Assembly (NCBI RefSeq): GCF_009834535.1
Contig: NC_045711.1
Span: 25,978,001-26,042,000 of the forward strand
Direction of reading: 5' to 3'
DNA from: Camelus ferus
Taxonomy: Eukaryota
Length of the DNA: 64,000 nt
Part shown: positions 1-12,365 of the stretch, piece by piece
Layout: every line of letters begins with the position of its first letter
Numbering within the stretch: position 1 is the stretch's first letter
The notes under the pieces: generated by a model
The model's database searches: none
The model's input: only the letters and a program-made list of their open reading frames with translations
What the model was told of the DNA's origin: nothing
Translations under genes and position numbers: made by a program

Positions 1-164
1 GTTTTATCCCCTCCTCCTTCTGTAGGAGTCACAATGAGCAGATGGAATCTTGTTTCTGAAAATGGTGCTGGGCACTGCTATACGGCCATCAGGTTAAAGC
101 CCTTCCCCGCTAGCATGTCCCTGATTCTCCATGTACTTCTTATTGAGAGGGTGATCCATTTGTT

Positions 165-270
165 AATGTTGACATTTATTGAGCATTTACTATGTAATTG
201 GCACAGGGCTTGCTAATAAAGACCTAAAGGTAAAATACACAGTTCCTGGCTTTAAAGGAGCTCAAGTGCT
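165..270 (-). mobile_element. L2 LINE 3' end fragment
   Basis: 'acatttattgagcatttactatgt...ggcacagg' matches the reverse complement of the L2 tail. Confidence 0.65.
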
Positions 271-769
271 ATTATCCAGGCAGAAGATCTTCTAGCACAA
301 CCTAGCTCCAGGAAGAGAGGAGTAAACATAAGCCTTCTTGATTATAACCCAGATGACATGAGTTACCATTGAGGTTCGTGCCGGACGCCATGGGAATCCA
401 GTGTGAGCTCCTCCAGGCTTAGAGGGGGCTGTGCGTATGGAATTTTTCCCAGGGGAGGTGCTGTTTGAGCTGGATCTGGGAGCATGATGAGGAATTGGGG
501 AGGCTGTGGAGGAAAAGGATGGCACCTCCAGACAGAAACCGCAGCCTATAGAGAAGCCTGGAGGTTTGAGAGAGCTCAGCATTTTCTGAAAATGAGAAGT
601 CATCCCATGGGGTTCAGCTCAGTGCGGCAGGATGAGGGTGCCGCAGGCGGTTGAGAACACGTCGTGGGGATGCTGGCCGTCTGTCCAAGCAAGAACATCA
701 CTATCAATAATACTTCCTGAGTTCTTACTAAGTGTCCCACATGGTCCTCGGCCCTGGGAAGACAGCTGT

Positions 770-1406
770 GAGCAATGCTGCGAAGGTCAGAAGTCCCCAA
801 GATCACTTCCCTCTGACACCAATGGCAATGTTTGGGGGTCTCCAAAACCACCCTCAGGTTCAACGATTAGCTGGAAGGACTTACAGAACTCGGCAAAGCT
901 GTTAGATTCACAGTTATGGCTTATTGCAGTGAAAGGACAGAGACTAAAATCAGCCACGGGAGGAGGCACACAGGGCAGCATCCGGGACAGACCAGGCGTG
1001 GCGCTGCCGATAGCCCTCTCCCGGTGGGGCAGCGCAGACAGCCTTTACTTCTCCCAGCAGTGACGTGTGGCAACGCGCAGGGAGCACTGCCAACCAGGAA
1101 TGTGCACCAAAGGCTTGGTGTTCAGAGATTTTATTGGGGCTGAGTCATATAGATATGATTGACTGCCTACATGGTTGACTTTAGTCTCCAGGCTCCCAAA
1201 GGTCAAGCTGATACCATGTGGCTCAAGCCAGCCCCCTCCACCATAAATCACAGTGAAGCACAGACTGTATCTGGCTGACCGTGATCCCCAGGCAAACAAG
1301 GACACTCTTATCAGGCAGGACATTCCAAGGGCTTAGCGGTGACCTCTCAGGTGCTGAGGACAAAAGCCAAACCTCTCGATGGGGAAGGTTATTCCTTTAT
1401 TGCACA
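770..1406 (-). mobile_element. MER21C-like solo LTR
   Basis: Long colinear match to the recalled MER21C consensus: 'aaaccaccctcaggttcaacgattagctggaaggacttacagaactc', 'gacactcttatcaggcaggacattccaagggcttag', ending 'cctttattgcaca'. Confidence 0.8.
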
Positions 1407-1409
1407 AAG

Positions 1410-2170
1410 ACAGACTAGGTTCCTGACCTTAAGAAGTATGCATCTTAGTGGGGACAACAGATCAACACACACACACACATGCACGCACCCACACCCCGCC
1501 CCACACCACCAACAGTAATTAACCAACAATATAACTACAGGTGGTCATAACTGGAGTGAAAGAAAGAGTCAGGGATATCTCAGGATGCTGAGACAAGAGC
1601 AGAGACAGACTTCATTTACAGGGCGGAGAAGGAAGGCTTCCCAGAAAAGGTGACTTTGAGTTAAGACCTGAAAAGCAAGGATGAGCCACCACTGCAGGGG
1701 AGAGTACAGCTCAAGCAGTAGAGTGCAAGCTTAGCACACACGGTCCTGGGTTCAGTCCCCAGTGCCTCCTCTAAAAATAAATAAATAAGTAAACCTAATT
1801 ACCCACCCCTCCCCCCCAAAAAAAACCCCAGCAAAAACCCCCTCAATGCTCTTTCTGTGCACAAAAAGATTGAAATAAAACTTAGACGATAAGAATGAGC
1901 CACCACACACGGTCAGAGCCAGAGTGAAAACATGCCAGGTAGACAGGAGAGCAGGAACACGCGCAGAGGGCTCGATGTGTCCAAGGAACAGAAGAAAAAC
2001 TGATGTGGCTGGAAAGAGTGAGCCAGAGGGAGAAGGGTGTGTGGCGGGGCTGGGCGGGACCATCATGCGCAAGCTTTGCAGGTCATGGTAAGGAGGTGGA
2101 AATTTATTCCAAGAGCAATGGAAATAAAACACATGAATGCAGGCAGCTGATTGCATTTGATTTCCAACTC
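1410..2170 (-). mobile_element. L2 LINE fragment interrupted by a camelid SINE
   Basis: 'gaaggcttcccagaaaaggtgactttgagttaagacctgaa' and 'gtgtccaaggaacagaagaaaaactgatgtggctgga' are typical antisense L2. The match continues on both sides of the SINE. Confidence 0.7.
1697..1890 (+). mobile_element. Camelid tRNA-Ala-derived SINE (vic-1-like) with 3' extension
   Basis: Head 'ggggagagtacagctcaagcagtagagtgcaagcttagc...cctgggttcagtccccagtgcctcc' has Pol III A/B boxes. Tail is 'taaaaataaataaataagtaaacctaattacc'. A 16-bp TSD (15/16 identical) lies at 1677-1692 and 1891-1906. Confidence 0.9.
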
Positions 2171-2387
2171 CAAGGAAAAGGGTGATGCACACAGAGCCTC
2201 TAAAAACAAACTCATATAAAATCAGTTATCATGCAGGGATGTACCCGGGGGAAAGGAGCTCTTAGAGAAGCAGCTCAGAAGACCCTCCGGGGAGAAAGGA
2301 CAATGATGGATGAGGAGCAGAGACTCTGCCGAAGGCAAGAGCAAGAATCTAAGCCCCTCTTCTCTTTGCAGAGCTGGAAAGCATCAG

Positions 2388-2428
2388 GTGTGTGTGTGTG
2401 TGCGCACATATGCATGCACGCACATGCG
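2388..2428. repeat. (TG)n microsatellite continuing as an alternating purine-pyrimidine tract
   Basis: 41 bp of uninterrupted purine/pyrimidine alternation: gtgtgtgtgtgtgtgcgcacatatgcatgcacgcacatgcg. Confidence 0.9.
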
Positions 2429-3074
2429 GTGTCTAGAAGCTAACTTCTTCAACCAGTCTCTGAGATTATGTGAAATTTCATGTTCTCACTGACTCAACTT
2501 TTGTAGACAAGTCTGAGCAAGATATAAAGGCAAGATCTGCTCGTAGCACCTCCCCAGGGGCCCGGAGGGGCAACTGGAGAAACTTCTTCTGCAGAAGCTG
2601 CACCACCTGCCACTCTCCACGAATGACCAGAGGAAGAAGAGACTGCGGTGGCCTGAGCGCCGGTCATTTCTCCCAGCAGCTTCCTTTACTCTCCAGGGAA
2701 TTAGCAGAGACCTCTTAGGGGAGTGGTGGTGACCATTACTTGTCACAGAAACCTCCACTGGCCCAGGATGTGTCCATGCCTTGCAGCCAAGATGCACGTC
2801 TAAGCCATGTTTGTCCCATCCCCAATGTAGCCTGTTCTTGGGGCGGAAGGTCAGTCTGGTTCCTCCCTCCCTGAGGAGTACAAGGATGGGTTTGTGGGAG
2901 GTCACGCTGGGCAAGAGAAATAAAGCAGAATAATAGATAAAGGGTCAGCGGGAAGTGGGGACTGGATATTTCCACGTTTTGCTTCAATGTCACCTCATCA
3001 GAGGGGCTTCTCCGACCACCCTCTGAACAGCAAGCTGCCTCTTTGCCATTCGACCCTCCAGGCCCGCATCGCAT

Positions 3075-3460
3075 ACTTCACGCTGCTCTGTGACTTAGGA
3101 GGCTGACGGAGGAGACCACATCTACCAGGTCCCCTTCCCCTTTGGCCTTGGCCAATGGAAGTCGCTAGAAGGTGGGAGGAGAATCATGTCTCTCCTTAGT
3201 GGACGGCAGGTTAGCTGAGGTTTTTTTTTTTTCCCTTTTACAGCCGCAGCTCTCTCCAGGTGCAGTAACTGCTCTCTCCTTGCACCTTCAGGCTGAGGAG
3301 TGATGCTGGCTGGCTTCCCGCTCAGACTAGCCCAGGGTGACTGGCCCTCCCCGATCGCTTCCTCTTGACCCTGCCCACATCTTTGTCCCTTTATGAAACC
3401 TCCCTTATTATACAGTTGAAGACCTGTCTGCTTCCTGCCTCATCCCTGGCGGATGCCTCT
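3075..3460 (+). mobile_element. LTR33-like ERVL solo LTR, degraded
   Basis: The 3' end 'cccacatctttgtccctttatgaaacctccctt...cagttgaagacctgtctgcttcctgcc' resembles the LTR33 terminus. Confidence 0.55.
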
Positions 3461-3469
3461 CCTCCCACA

Positions 3470-3670
3470 GTCTTTATCTCCTACTCTGCTTTATTTTGCT
3501 TTGAAGATGGTTAGTTGCCTTACTCTGCATTATATAAATTTGGGGTTATTTCTAGAGTCTTTGTTTCCCATGAAAATGCAGGCTGTGTGAGGGCAGGAAC
3601 TCTGCTTTGTTCACTATGGAATCCCTGGAGCCCAGGACAGGGCATGCAAGTGTTGAACTTTTGCTGAGAG
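3470..3670 (+). mobile_element. L2 LINE 3' end
   Basis: 'ggctgtgtgagggcaggaactctgctttgttcactatggaatccctggagcccaggacag' is a canonical L2 tail. Confidence 0.7.
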
Positions 3671-4204
3671 AATCACCCACGGGAGAACGTGCACCCTGCT
3701 TTGTCACCCAGCTGCCGCATTGGGCTTTCGGGAATTCCACAGAGAGCGGAGGTTCATGGTGGGCGGAGCCTCTCAGGAACGCAGGCCCTGGGGGACCTCG
3801 GAAGATGCTGGAGACAGGGAGGGCATGAGTTTAAGGGAGGAGCTGGTGAGGACTTTCTTGTCGTCTGAGCCACACGTAGACGGGGAAATAAAATGCTTTC
3901 ACCTTTATTAACACTGATAAGAATAATAGTCTATTCTTTAGGCTTTTCAATCTTACTCCAGCATCATTTTCCAAGCGGAGCTGCTGAGCGCAGCAGGAAA
4001 CGACAGGCTTGATGAGGTTAAATCATCCTTGGTGGCTGGAGCTTCTGCTAACGCAAGACTCTGGGGAGGGTCCAAGTCTTCCCTCTCCACCTTGGAGACC
4101 ACCTGGAGGAAGGAAATATTCCTGAGGGCAAGGGCTGGACCAGGGCTGTTTGGACATTGCATCCCTGCCTCCAGCTCGAGCCAGCACAAAATATAATAAT
4201 AATA

Positions 4205-4440
4205 GTAGGAGTGAAGCCTATGGACACCAGTCCAGACTGCCTGGGTTCAAATCCTGGCTGTGTATGTCTTAGCTGTGCAACCTTGGGCAAGTTACTTGAC
4301 CTCTCTGGGCCTCTGTTTCCTCTTTTCTAACATGGGGAGATAGTGATGATAGGTAATCAGGAGACTGTTATGGGGATTAAATGAGTGACTATAGATAAAG
4401 TGCTTAGCACTGGGCCCCCAGTAAGTGCCTGCTCATTTGT
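4205..4440 (+). mobile_element. MIR SINE, near full length
   Basis: 'agactgcctgggttcaaatcctggct...gtgcaaccttgggcaagttacttgacctctctgggcctctgtttcctc' is the MIR core. Confidence 0.9.
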
Positions 4441-4449
4441 TGGCTAGCA

Positions 4450-4620
4450 TATTAATAATTGGGAGCTCACTCTGTGTCAAGTATAACCAGGCAGGGTCTC
4501 ATCATCCCTAATGAGCAGATAAGGATATTAAAGCTTGGTGGGATTAATCACCCACATCCAAGGTCACACACGCCTTGTTGAGGGCAGAGCCCCGATGTAA
4601 GTCAGGCAGTGGGCTTCCCG
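4450..4620 (-). mobile_element. MIR SINE fragment
   Basis: 'gcagataaggatattaaagc...ccaaggtcacacacgcc...ggcagagcc' is antisense MIR. Confidence 0.6.
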
Positions 4621-6277
4621 GTAGCTGCTGCTCCTGTTAACTTGCCCGAAACACCACTCCCCAAGATGAGCTGCAGGCTGCAGATTCGGGGCTGAGCTGC
4701 CAGAATTCAGCAGAAGCCCTGGGGAGGCAGAGGAAGGGTGGGGCTGGGGACCCACAGGGCAGAGGTCCCTCCCTCCGGGAACTGCACATCCCAATGTCAC
4801 CTGCACCCGCAGGGACCACACACCCACTTCCCTCAGATTTAGGTCCCCTTCCGCAATGACAAGATGGGGCCAGTCAGGGGACGGAGAGCAGATACAAATG
4901 TGATGGGAAAGGGTGGGGGAGGGGAAGTGGGGATGGGAGCAGGAGGCCCACATCCCCGCGTGCAGAAGAGCGGGGACGCACGCATCCCTCTGCAGACAGC
5001 ACTATGCGCATTGATCTACCTTATTTTCAGAAGCAAATTGATCTTGGCTTCTAACAACTTATCTAGGGCAGAGAAGCCCCTCAGAAATCTTTTCACGTGG
5101 TAGACAGCCTGGGGTAGCTGTGTTTGTGAGAACAGAACCACCAGACCACTGTCCTCTCCCAAGGGCCAAGGTCAGTGGCACAGCCTCCAGCCTCAGCCGG
5201 GGCTAGACGCCCGCAGCGGCAGCAGGACTGGAGTGTCTCCTTTTGATTTTGACAAACTGATTTTCCCCAGGGGGCCTCAGAGCTCATGGCTGGGAGGGAA
5301 TGGGAGTCATCCAGGACAGACAAGATTTGGAGATTTGGAGGAGGGTTAGGAAAACAGAGTCCTCCCAGGGAGGCAGTGCACTGGGATGGACGAGTACCCG
5401 AGAAGTAGGTTCCGACCAGACAATTCTGCATGACAGCCTGGCCTCCTCTGTCCAGAAGATTGACCCTGGGGGAACCATCTGCCCCTTGGAGAAGAGCCTG
5501 TTGCTAAAAATGTCAAGACTATTTACTTACAGAGCAGGTGGCGGGAGCACTTCCATCCAGTAATTAAACAGGAGGAGCCCGATGGAGAGCGAGTGTCACC
5601 GTGTCCTCAGGCAGAACAACCTGAGCATCCAGAACAGGGGGGTCATCACGGGGTCCTCCTCATCCCCCCAGCGGTCACCACGGCTGAGAAGGTGCAGTGG
5701 GCGGGCTGGAGCCTGGGGGAGAGGAGGAGGCCCGCGAGCTCTGACACTTGGGGTGCCGTGTGTGTGCTGTTCTGCCCTCCCCGCGCCGAGAGACAGACTG
5801 TGTCTCTTAACAAAGGGAGGGAGGTGAGAGTTATTACCCGTCACATGAACCCAAGATGAAATTTAGCAGCCCGAGGTGGGCATTTACCACTGATGAAAAT
5901 CTGTCTCCCTGCCAGCTTAAAGTGCTGCTTAAAAAGCTAATGTATAATTTAAACTGTGCAGTTTGGGGCTGGGCTCCCATCGGGTGCTACTGACACTTTC
6001 CACCGTGGGTCCAAAGGCCCTGGAGGGCTGTCCAGAGCGGGTCGTGGGCAGGGGGTCTGGTTCTTTAAGAACAGGTGAGCAAGGTGTGGAGGGGCTGAGC
6101 TGCACTTCGGCCGGACCAGGAGCTGGAGTGTCTCAGGGCAGAGCGTCCTGGGAAACCCCGAGTCTCTGAGGAGCAGTTTTGGAAGGGGACACGCCTGGCC
6201 TCTGAGCCTCGGAGTCTGCAGGTTACCAATGAGCCCCGTTTCAAGAACCCAGGCAGGGTGAGCCCCCTCCCTCCCAC

Positions 6278-6706
6278 TACAGTGAACTGAAGAGTGTCCC
6301 CTCAAATTCACGTGCTCCTGGAACCTCAGAGCATGACTTGAATTTGGAGTAGGGACCCTGCGGATTAATTTGTTAAGGTGAGGTCACACTGGATCAGGGT
6401 GGGCCCTAAACCCAATGACCGACATCCCTTTAAGAAGAGGGGAGGACACAGAGAGACACAGCAAGGAGAAGGCCACATGGAGATGGAGGCAAAGGTTGGG
6501 GTGATGTGTCTATGGGCCAAGGATGCCAAAGATCCTGGCAGCCACGGAAAGCTGGAGAGAGGCATCAGATTCTCCCTTAGAACCTCCAGAAGCAACCAAC
6601 GCTGCTGACATCTTGATTTCCAACTTCCGGCCTCCAGACCTGGGAGAGAATAAATGTGCGTTGTTTGCGGTCACCCAGTTGTGGTCCTTTGCTGTAATAG
6701 CAACCA
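6278..6706 (+). mobile_element. MLT1B/C MaLR solo LTR
   Basis: 'aaggtgaggtcacactggatcagggtgggccctaaacccaatgac', 'gctgctgacatcttgatttccaacttccggcctccaga', and 'gagaataaatgtg' polyA region. Confidence 0.9.
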
Positions 6707-9700
6707 CCCCCTACTCCACACTCAAGTCCTGAGGACTGATCTGCTGAAGCTCAGGTTTTGTCCAAACTGCCCTCGAAGTGTCCTTGGTAACTAGACCCAG
6801 TCCTGGACAACTATATGGTTGTTTTTCACTGATTACAGTGTGCGTCCCTGGCCTCCAATAGCCTGTGGAACAGGCAGGAGCAGTGTCACAAATCCCATTT
6901 TGCAGATGGAGAAATAAAGGCCTATGGGGGTAGGATCCGGACCTGGCTTTCTGTGCCGGGCTGGACCACAGGTAAATGGAACCAGGCAGGATGTGTGGTG
7001 ATTCCCAGAGTCCCTCGAGCCCAGCTCCTCACTCTAACCCGGCTCACCTTGGCCAGTGCCAGGTCGGACAGCTGGCATCTGTGTCCTGGGGCTCTCCCCT
7101 TGTCCTCACGGGTACCAGGCTGATGCCCTGGTCTCTCCGGTACAACAAGGGCTGAGCACCCCTGCCTCCTCCCTGGCCGCCACCCTCGGCTGCCCAGGAA
7201 GCCTTACTCGCCTTTGTCTCCCAGACAACCGCCTCCAGCCCCAGGCCCAGCTTGGGGGAAAGAGATGTTGATGGTCTGTGGGAGGCCCCCTACAGCAGGA
7301 AAGGGACCCTTGGCTGGTCATGGTGGTGCAGGTGGCATAGGCGCCCCATAAGCACATCGATAATCAAAAAGTTTATTGTCTGGGCTGTTTTGGATACCGG
7401 AGGGGGGAAAAAAAACAATGTATGAATTGCAACGATGGAAGATTTACCACATCTGTCAGTGCAGATAGAGGGGCTGGCTGGAATTATTGCAGCCAGGAAG
7501 AATTGTGTTTTAGGATCTGCCCCAGGTATTAATTTGTGGCGGGCTTATCCTGTCAGGAACATACAATGCTCATGGTGTCGAGAAGTAATACTTTAAAGGG
7601 CCTGAACGCCAATTGGATGGGAGCTGGGAGATGGCGCCGGGAGGCGGTTGATCCCCTTAGCGAGGTTTTCCAATAAGTTCCAGATGAAAAGCGTGAGGCC
7701 GCTGAGTAATACCGTCTTTGGAGACTCTCAGACTAGATCTGCCCCCATCCATCGCGCCCGCCCGTGGATCATCCTCCTGCCCGAAGCTCAGAGCGATGCC
7801 CTCTCTCCCGCTCGCCGCGGTCTGGCAGGCTGCAGGCTCGGGGGGTTCCAGCTGGTGTCCTGGATTTTCGAGTCCCATCTGGCATTCCAGCGTGGTGGGC
7901 TCTGTGGGGTCCCTGGGGACTCCTGTGAGTTCAAAGGGGAAGCAAAGACTGGGGTGGGGCCCCGGCAGCCTGCAGACTGTTCGGGAAAGGGCATGCCGTG
8001 ACCCCCAGTCGCCCACTGGAGTCCTGGTCACCTCTCTTCTTGCAGCCTGGAGATGAAGCCTGTCCTGTTATCACCATCCTGCCGAAGAGCCAGCCAGTCA
8101 CCCCCATCCTTCCAGCCTTCTCCTCGGTCTTAGGGTGTCCAGTCCAATCTGATTTCTGCCAAATGCCACATCCAAAGATAGGAAGTTGTTCAGGGGCGCC
8201 TATGGCCTGCGCTGTCTCCGTCCTAAGCCCTTTTCAAGTCTGCATCTTCTCACACGTGAAGGATTTTCATGCTGTGTGAATTGCTTCCTTTTCATTCACC
8301 CACTTCCTTCGGTCCAGGAGGCCCTCCTGGAGGTATACAGTGGAGACCGGAGCAGGGTAAGGAGGCGGCAGGTGAGGAGCCTGGAGTCCTATAGGAGTCC
8401 CAGCCCCCAACCCCTTGCCCCACCCGCTCTGTCACAGTGGCAGGTGGTAACCAGCTGGAGTGGGGAACCAGCCCCAGGGAGGACCTTGCGGGAGGACAGG
8501 AGTTAACATCTACGTGGCTCTGGTGGGCCCTTCTGGCCTTGTAAAGGGAGATGGTGCAGGGCCTGGCTCAGCTGGTGTCTTGGAAACCATCCGAGGACCC
8601 AGGCAGCGCCAGGCTGGTGGCATCTCCGGCTGATGAGAAGCTCCGTGGTGCTGAGTCAGGGCTGAGTCCTGCCGGAGCTGAGGGTGGCTCCAGCCCCAGA
8701 GATGGCTGGATTTGCTCCTGTGGACGAGGAGTACCTCTAGAAGTCTGGCTCTCTGCCTGCCTTGTCTCCAGGAATCTCTCTCCTCTATCAGGGCAGAGGG
8801 GCAGGTGGGGCCTGCTAAGCACCAGGCATTGGGAGGGGAGAAGGAGCAAGTCTTCCCCGGAAGGGCTTGCCTGGGGGTGAACTGGATGCTGGCCTGTGCC
8901 CCCGTGGGGTTGGAAAGGTAGCCTGAGCAGCCTGCCTCTGAACCTGAAATAAGCTAACACCTTGGGGTCTTCCCGGCTTCCTGAGCATAGTGTCCGCTCG
9001 GGCCGCGACGGGCTGGGCTGGAGTGACGCACGCGGAGAACAGCTGGAGCTGGGGTTTGCCCTCCAGCCCCACTTGGGATGCATGGTGGATGCTCATGTTT
9101 CAGAAGCTGCGGCTGGAACAGGGCTGGATCCACTTCTCGGAGCTGGAGGCACGAGCTGGGGCTCCCCGCGGATGGGAGGTGAGTAGGGTCACTTGCCTAC
9201 TTGACAATGCGAGGGCCACCTTCAAATGGTGACCACGGCCGTTGTGAAGGAGATGGAGGTCTCACCTCGGTCACCCGCAAGCTCGCCGAGGGCTGAGTAG
9301 CTGCCAATACCAGCTCCTCTCTCCTTCTGGGGCAGCAAGGACTCCCCCTCCACCAACAGGTCCCAGGGGCCACTTCTCTGGTGGCTTCTTGAAAGCCATC
9401 ATCCCTGCTTCTGCCCAGGAAGGGGCAGAAAGGGCTGCAAGGGAGAGGAGGGCAGGCTGGTTCCGCCTTTGTCCTTGACCGAGGTCGGAGGAGGCAGCTC
9501 TGGTCTGGGCATCAATCTGCCTTTCTCTGGTTTGGAGCCAAAAGCAGAACAGCTGTAAAGGGCACATGGGGTGCAGGTGTCCTGATGGCCAAGAGCAATT
9601 TAAAAATGAAAGAATCTTCTCCCATTGATCAGATATATCACAGGCATGTTTTTAGCCCCCTCTACACCCCCTCCTCCCTACCCCTGCCCTTAGACACAAC

Positions 9701-11057
9701 GAAAAGGAATCTCTTTCCGGCCCCTGCACTGTGGCTCCACTGAAATGCCCTTGGTCTTCAAAGAAATCTGACCTCCAGTGCATGAGGGAAAGGAGGTGGG
9801 AAGGAAGGAAGCAGGGACCGCCCATTCCTGGAAACCTAGTGGGTGGGTTTCATTGGCTGGGTTTGCAGTTTGCAGGCCCAGACCTCCACTGGGCTTGGAG
9901 GAGTGGTGATTGCTCACAGCCCTTGGTCCCATCTCTGAGTTTGGAATCAGCTGAGAGAAGGACCAAGGCATCAGAGATACAGCGAGTTCAAAATATCGAT
10001 TGGCATGGGTGTGCTGCCACAGTAGGCTTCCGCCTGCTCCTGGATGCATCTGCTAAAAAGGCCGCCCCGTGGCCATCCTCCCCTTTAATCACCCTGGAGC
10101 CTTCCCGACCTGCGTCCCCCCACAGAAATGCTGGTGGTTTCAGATTCACTTTATCTTCCCCTTCCCCCTAGCCTTCAGGGGTCCACAGCACACACTCGCT
10201 TCATTAAAACCATCCCATCTCTCTCTGGGAGGTTCCCACCATCAACTGCCAGCACAATTAACTTTTTTAAAGGATCCCTATTTATGTATGAACAAGAGGG
10301 CCAGCCCTGCTTGCGGAGATCCCTTAATCCACAATGATTTTCATGGGGCAAGGGAGGCACGTTTATCTAAAGATGACTTTTGTGTTGGTTAGAATGAGAT
10401 TGTAGACTTCCTAAGGTGTCTGCGTAGGACATGGGTAGGAGTGAGCTGCCTGCGACCGGCTGTATTCAAGTATCCGGTGACCCCTGAGAGGACTTTAAGA
10501 GTTAACAGAGGTGGCAATTTCGGATGAGAAATCTTTGGGTAAGCGGGCAGAAGCAAATCCGGGCACCCCATCAGGCTTCAGCCCCTTCAGAAGCGGGGAA
10601 GGGTGTCTGGGGCCAGGAGGAGCCTTGGCGCAGCGGCTCTGCATGGAAGGCAGGAGCAGTGGGGACCCCTGGCTCCGCTGGGGGAGGATGAGTGGTGCTG
10701 TTTGGCCTGTGCTCAGCAGGAAGGGCAGGCGGGGACCTGTGACCCTGCTCTGTGGGAGGCTGCAGACACAGAATGTCTCACCCCCCCCAACCCGCCGCAG
10801 CCTTGGGGCTGCCCTTGCCATGTGGCAGGGACATGGGCTCATCCAGACCCTGGGTTGTCATGGCAATGCCACGTAGCCTTCACCTTGCCCTTGCTGGGGT
10901 CGAGGATGAAGAAGGACAGACGTGCCTGAACGGAGACACGGCTGCTTCTGAGGGAAAGACCAGGGGCAGGGGACTGCCTCCTCACCCCACCCCAGGTTCT
11001 TCGGGCTGCTTCTCCCCAAGGCGCCCCTGCAGCTGCTTTTCTTCAAACTCCCTGAGA

Positions 11058-11140
11058 GAGGACATGGGAGAGCCCGGAGCGCAGTGCCCGGCACACAGTA
11101 GGTACTCAATAAATACACGTTTTTAGAGAAATGAATTTGG
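11058..11140 (+). mobile_element. L2 LINE 3' tail
   Basis: 'cagtgcccggcacacagtaggtactcaataaatac'. Confidence 0.75.
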
Positions 11141-11160
11141 GGAGATGGCTCAGGTGCTGT

Positions 11161-11721
11161 TGAGGCATAGGTTGAATTTTGTAAAGATGGCCCCAATGAT
11201 AGCTCCCATTCCTCAGGCTCTGTTTTACAATCCGTCCTTGACACCGCCACCCCACCTCCCCCGGAACCTAAGAGGACTTTTACGGATGCCTTGACGGGTA
11301 GAGTATATGGAAGTGACACAGAGTGACTTCTGAGACTAGACTACAAAAATGCCACGCACCTCCCCTTGATCTCCTGTAGACATTTGCTCTTGGAGCAGCT
11401 GTTCAGAAGCCCAAATTAGTCCACACAGAGAGACCCCACGTAGGCGTGCTGGCTGACAGCCTAGCTGAGGTCCCCGCCGACAGCCCGCACCAACCCCCCA
11501 GCTAGTGAGTGAAGACACCTCTCGCTGATTTCAGCCTCACACTGCTGAGCCTCCCCCAAGTCTTCCAGTCTTTCCCAGACATCGGAAAACAGAGACAAGT
11601 TCCCACTGAGGCCTGTCCAAATTCCTGACCGTCAGAAACCGTGAGAGATAATAAAGCGATGATTGTTTTAATGCATTTAGTTTGGAAGCCACTTGTTACC
11701 CAGTAATAGATCACCGATGCA
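11161..11721 (+). mobile_element. MLT1F/G-type MaLR solo LTR
   Basis: Starts 'tgaggcataggttgaattttgtaaagatggcc'. Ends 'gtgagagataataaa...ttgttacccagtaatagatcaccgatgca'. Confidence 0.85.
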
Positions 11722-11999
11722 ATCGGCGTCCAATATGAGCACCCTCGCTGGCCTCCCTTCTGTCTGGCTTACCCGTAACTGCCGTTGGCAGGGGCGGGGT
11801 CTTCCCTGCCAGTCAGTGGTTGCCAGGGTAACTGGGTCCCCTGCTCAAGGTGTGGGAGTGGACTTTTCAAAGGAGTGCCCTTGGCTGCTTTACTTGGAAG
11901 AGGACATTTAAGTTTTCAAGGTTGATTGGTGCCAAAGAATCTAACACTCTTTCTTTTAGTTTTTATTCCAGCACCAATTCTGATGGTTTCAGGGACATC

Positions 12000-12365
12000 T
12001 GCTATGGACTGAATGTGTGTGTTCCCCCAAATTTGCAGGNNNNNNNNNNNNNNNNNNNNNNNNNNNNNNNNNNNNNNNNNNNNNNNNNNNNNNNNNNNNN
12101 NNNNNNNNNNNNNNNNNNNNNNNNNNNNNNNNNNNNNNNNNNNNNNNNNNNNNNNNNNNNNNNNNNNNNNNNNNNNNNNNNNNNNNNACAGTGGGATGCT
12201 GTATATGAACCAGGAAGAGGGTTCTCACCAGACACCACATCTGCCGGCGCCTTGATCTTGGACTGCCAGCCTCCAGAACTGTGAGAAATAAACGTTGTTA
12301 AGCTCCACACCCCTCCCGCTACCCAAGTCTATGGCATTTTGTGATAGCGGCACGAATTGGCTAGA
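12000..12365 (+). mobile_element. MLT1A-type MaLR solo LTR with an assembly gap in its middle
   Basis: 5' 'tgctatggactgaatgtgtgtgttcccccaaatt' and 3' 'ccttgatcttggactgccagcctccagaactgtgagaaataaa'. The total span including the gap (about 365 bp) fits one LTR. Confidence 0.85.
12040..12187. other. Assembly gap (N-run)
   Basis: 148 N. Confidence 0.99.

Noticed and set aside
12040-12187. N-runs (five in the window) as hidden insertions, and poly-X ORFs spanning them
   Set aside because: They are assembly gaps. The first is the size expected for the missing middle of the MLT1A LTR, and ORFs through N are artefacts.
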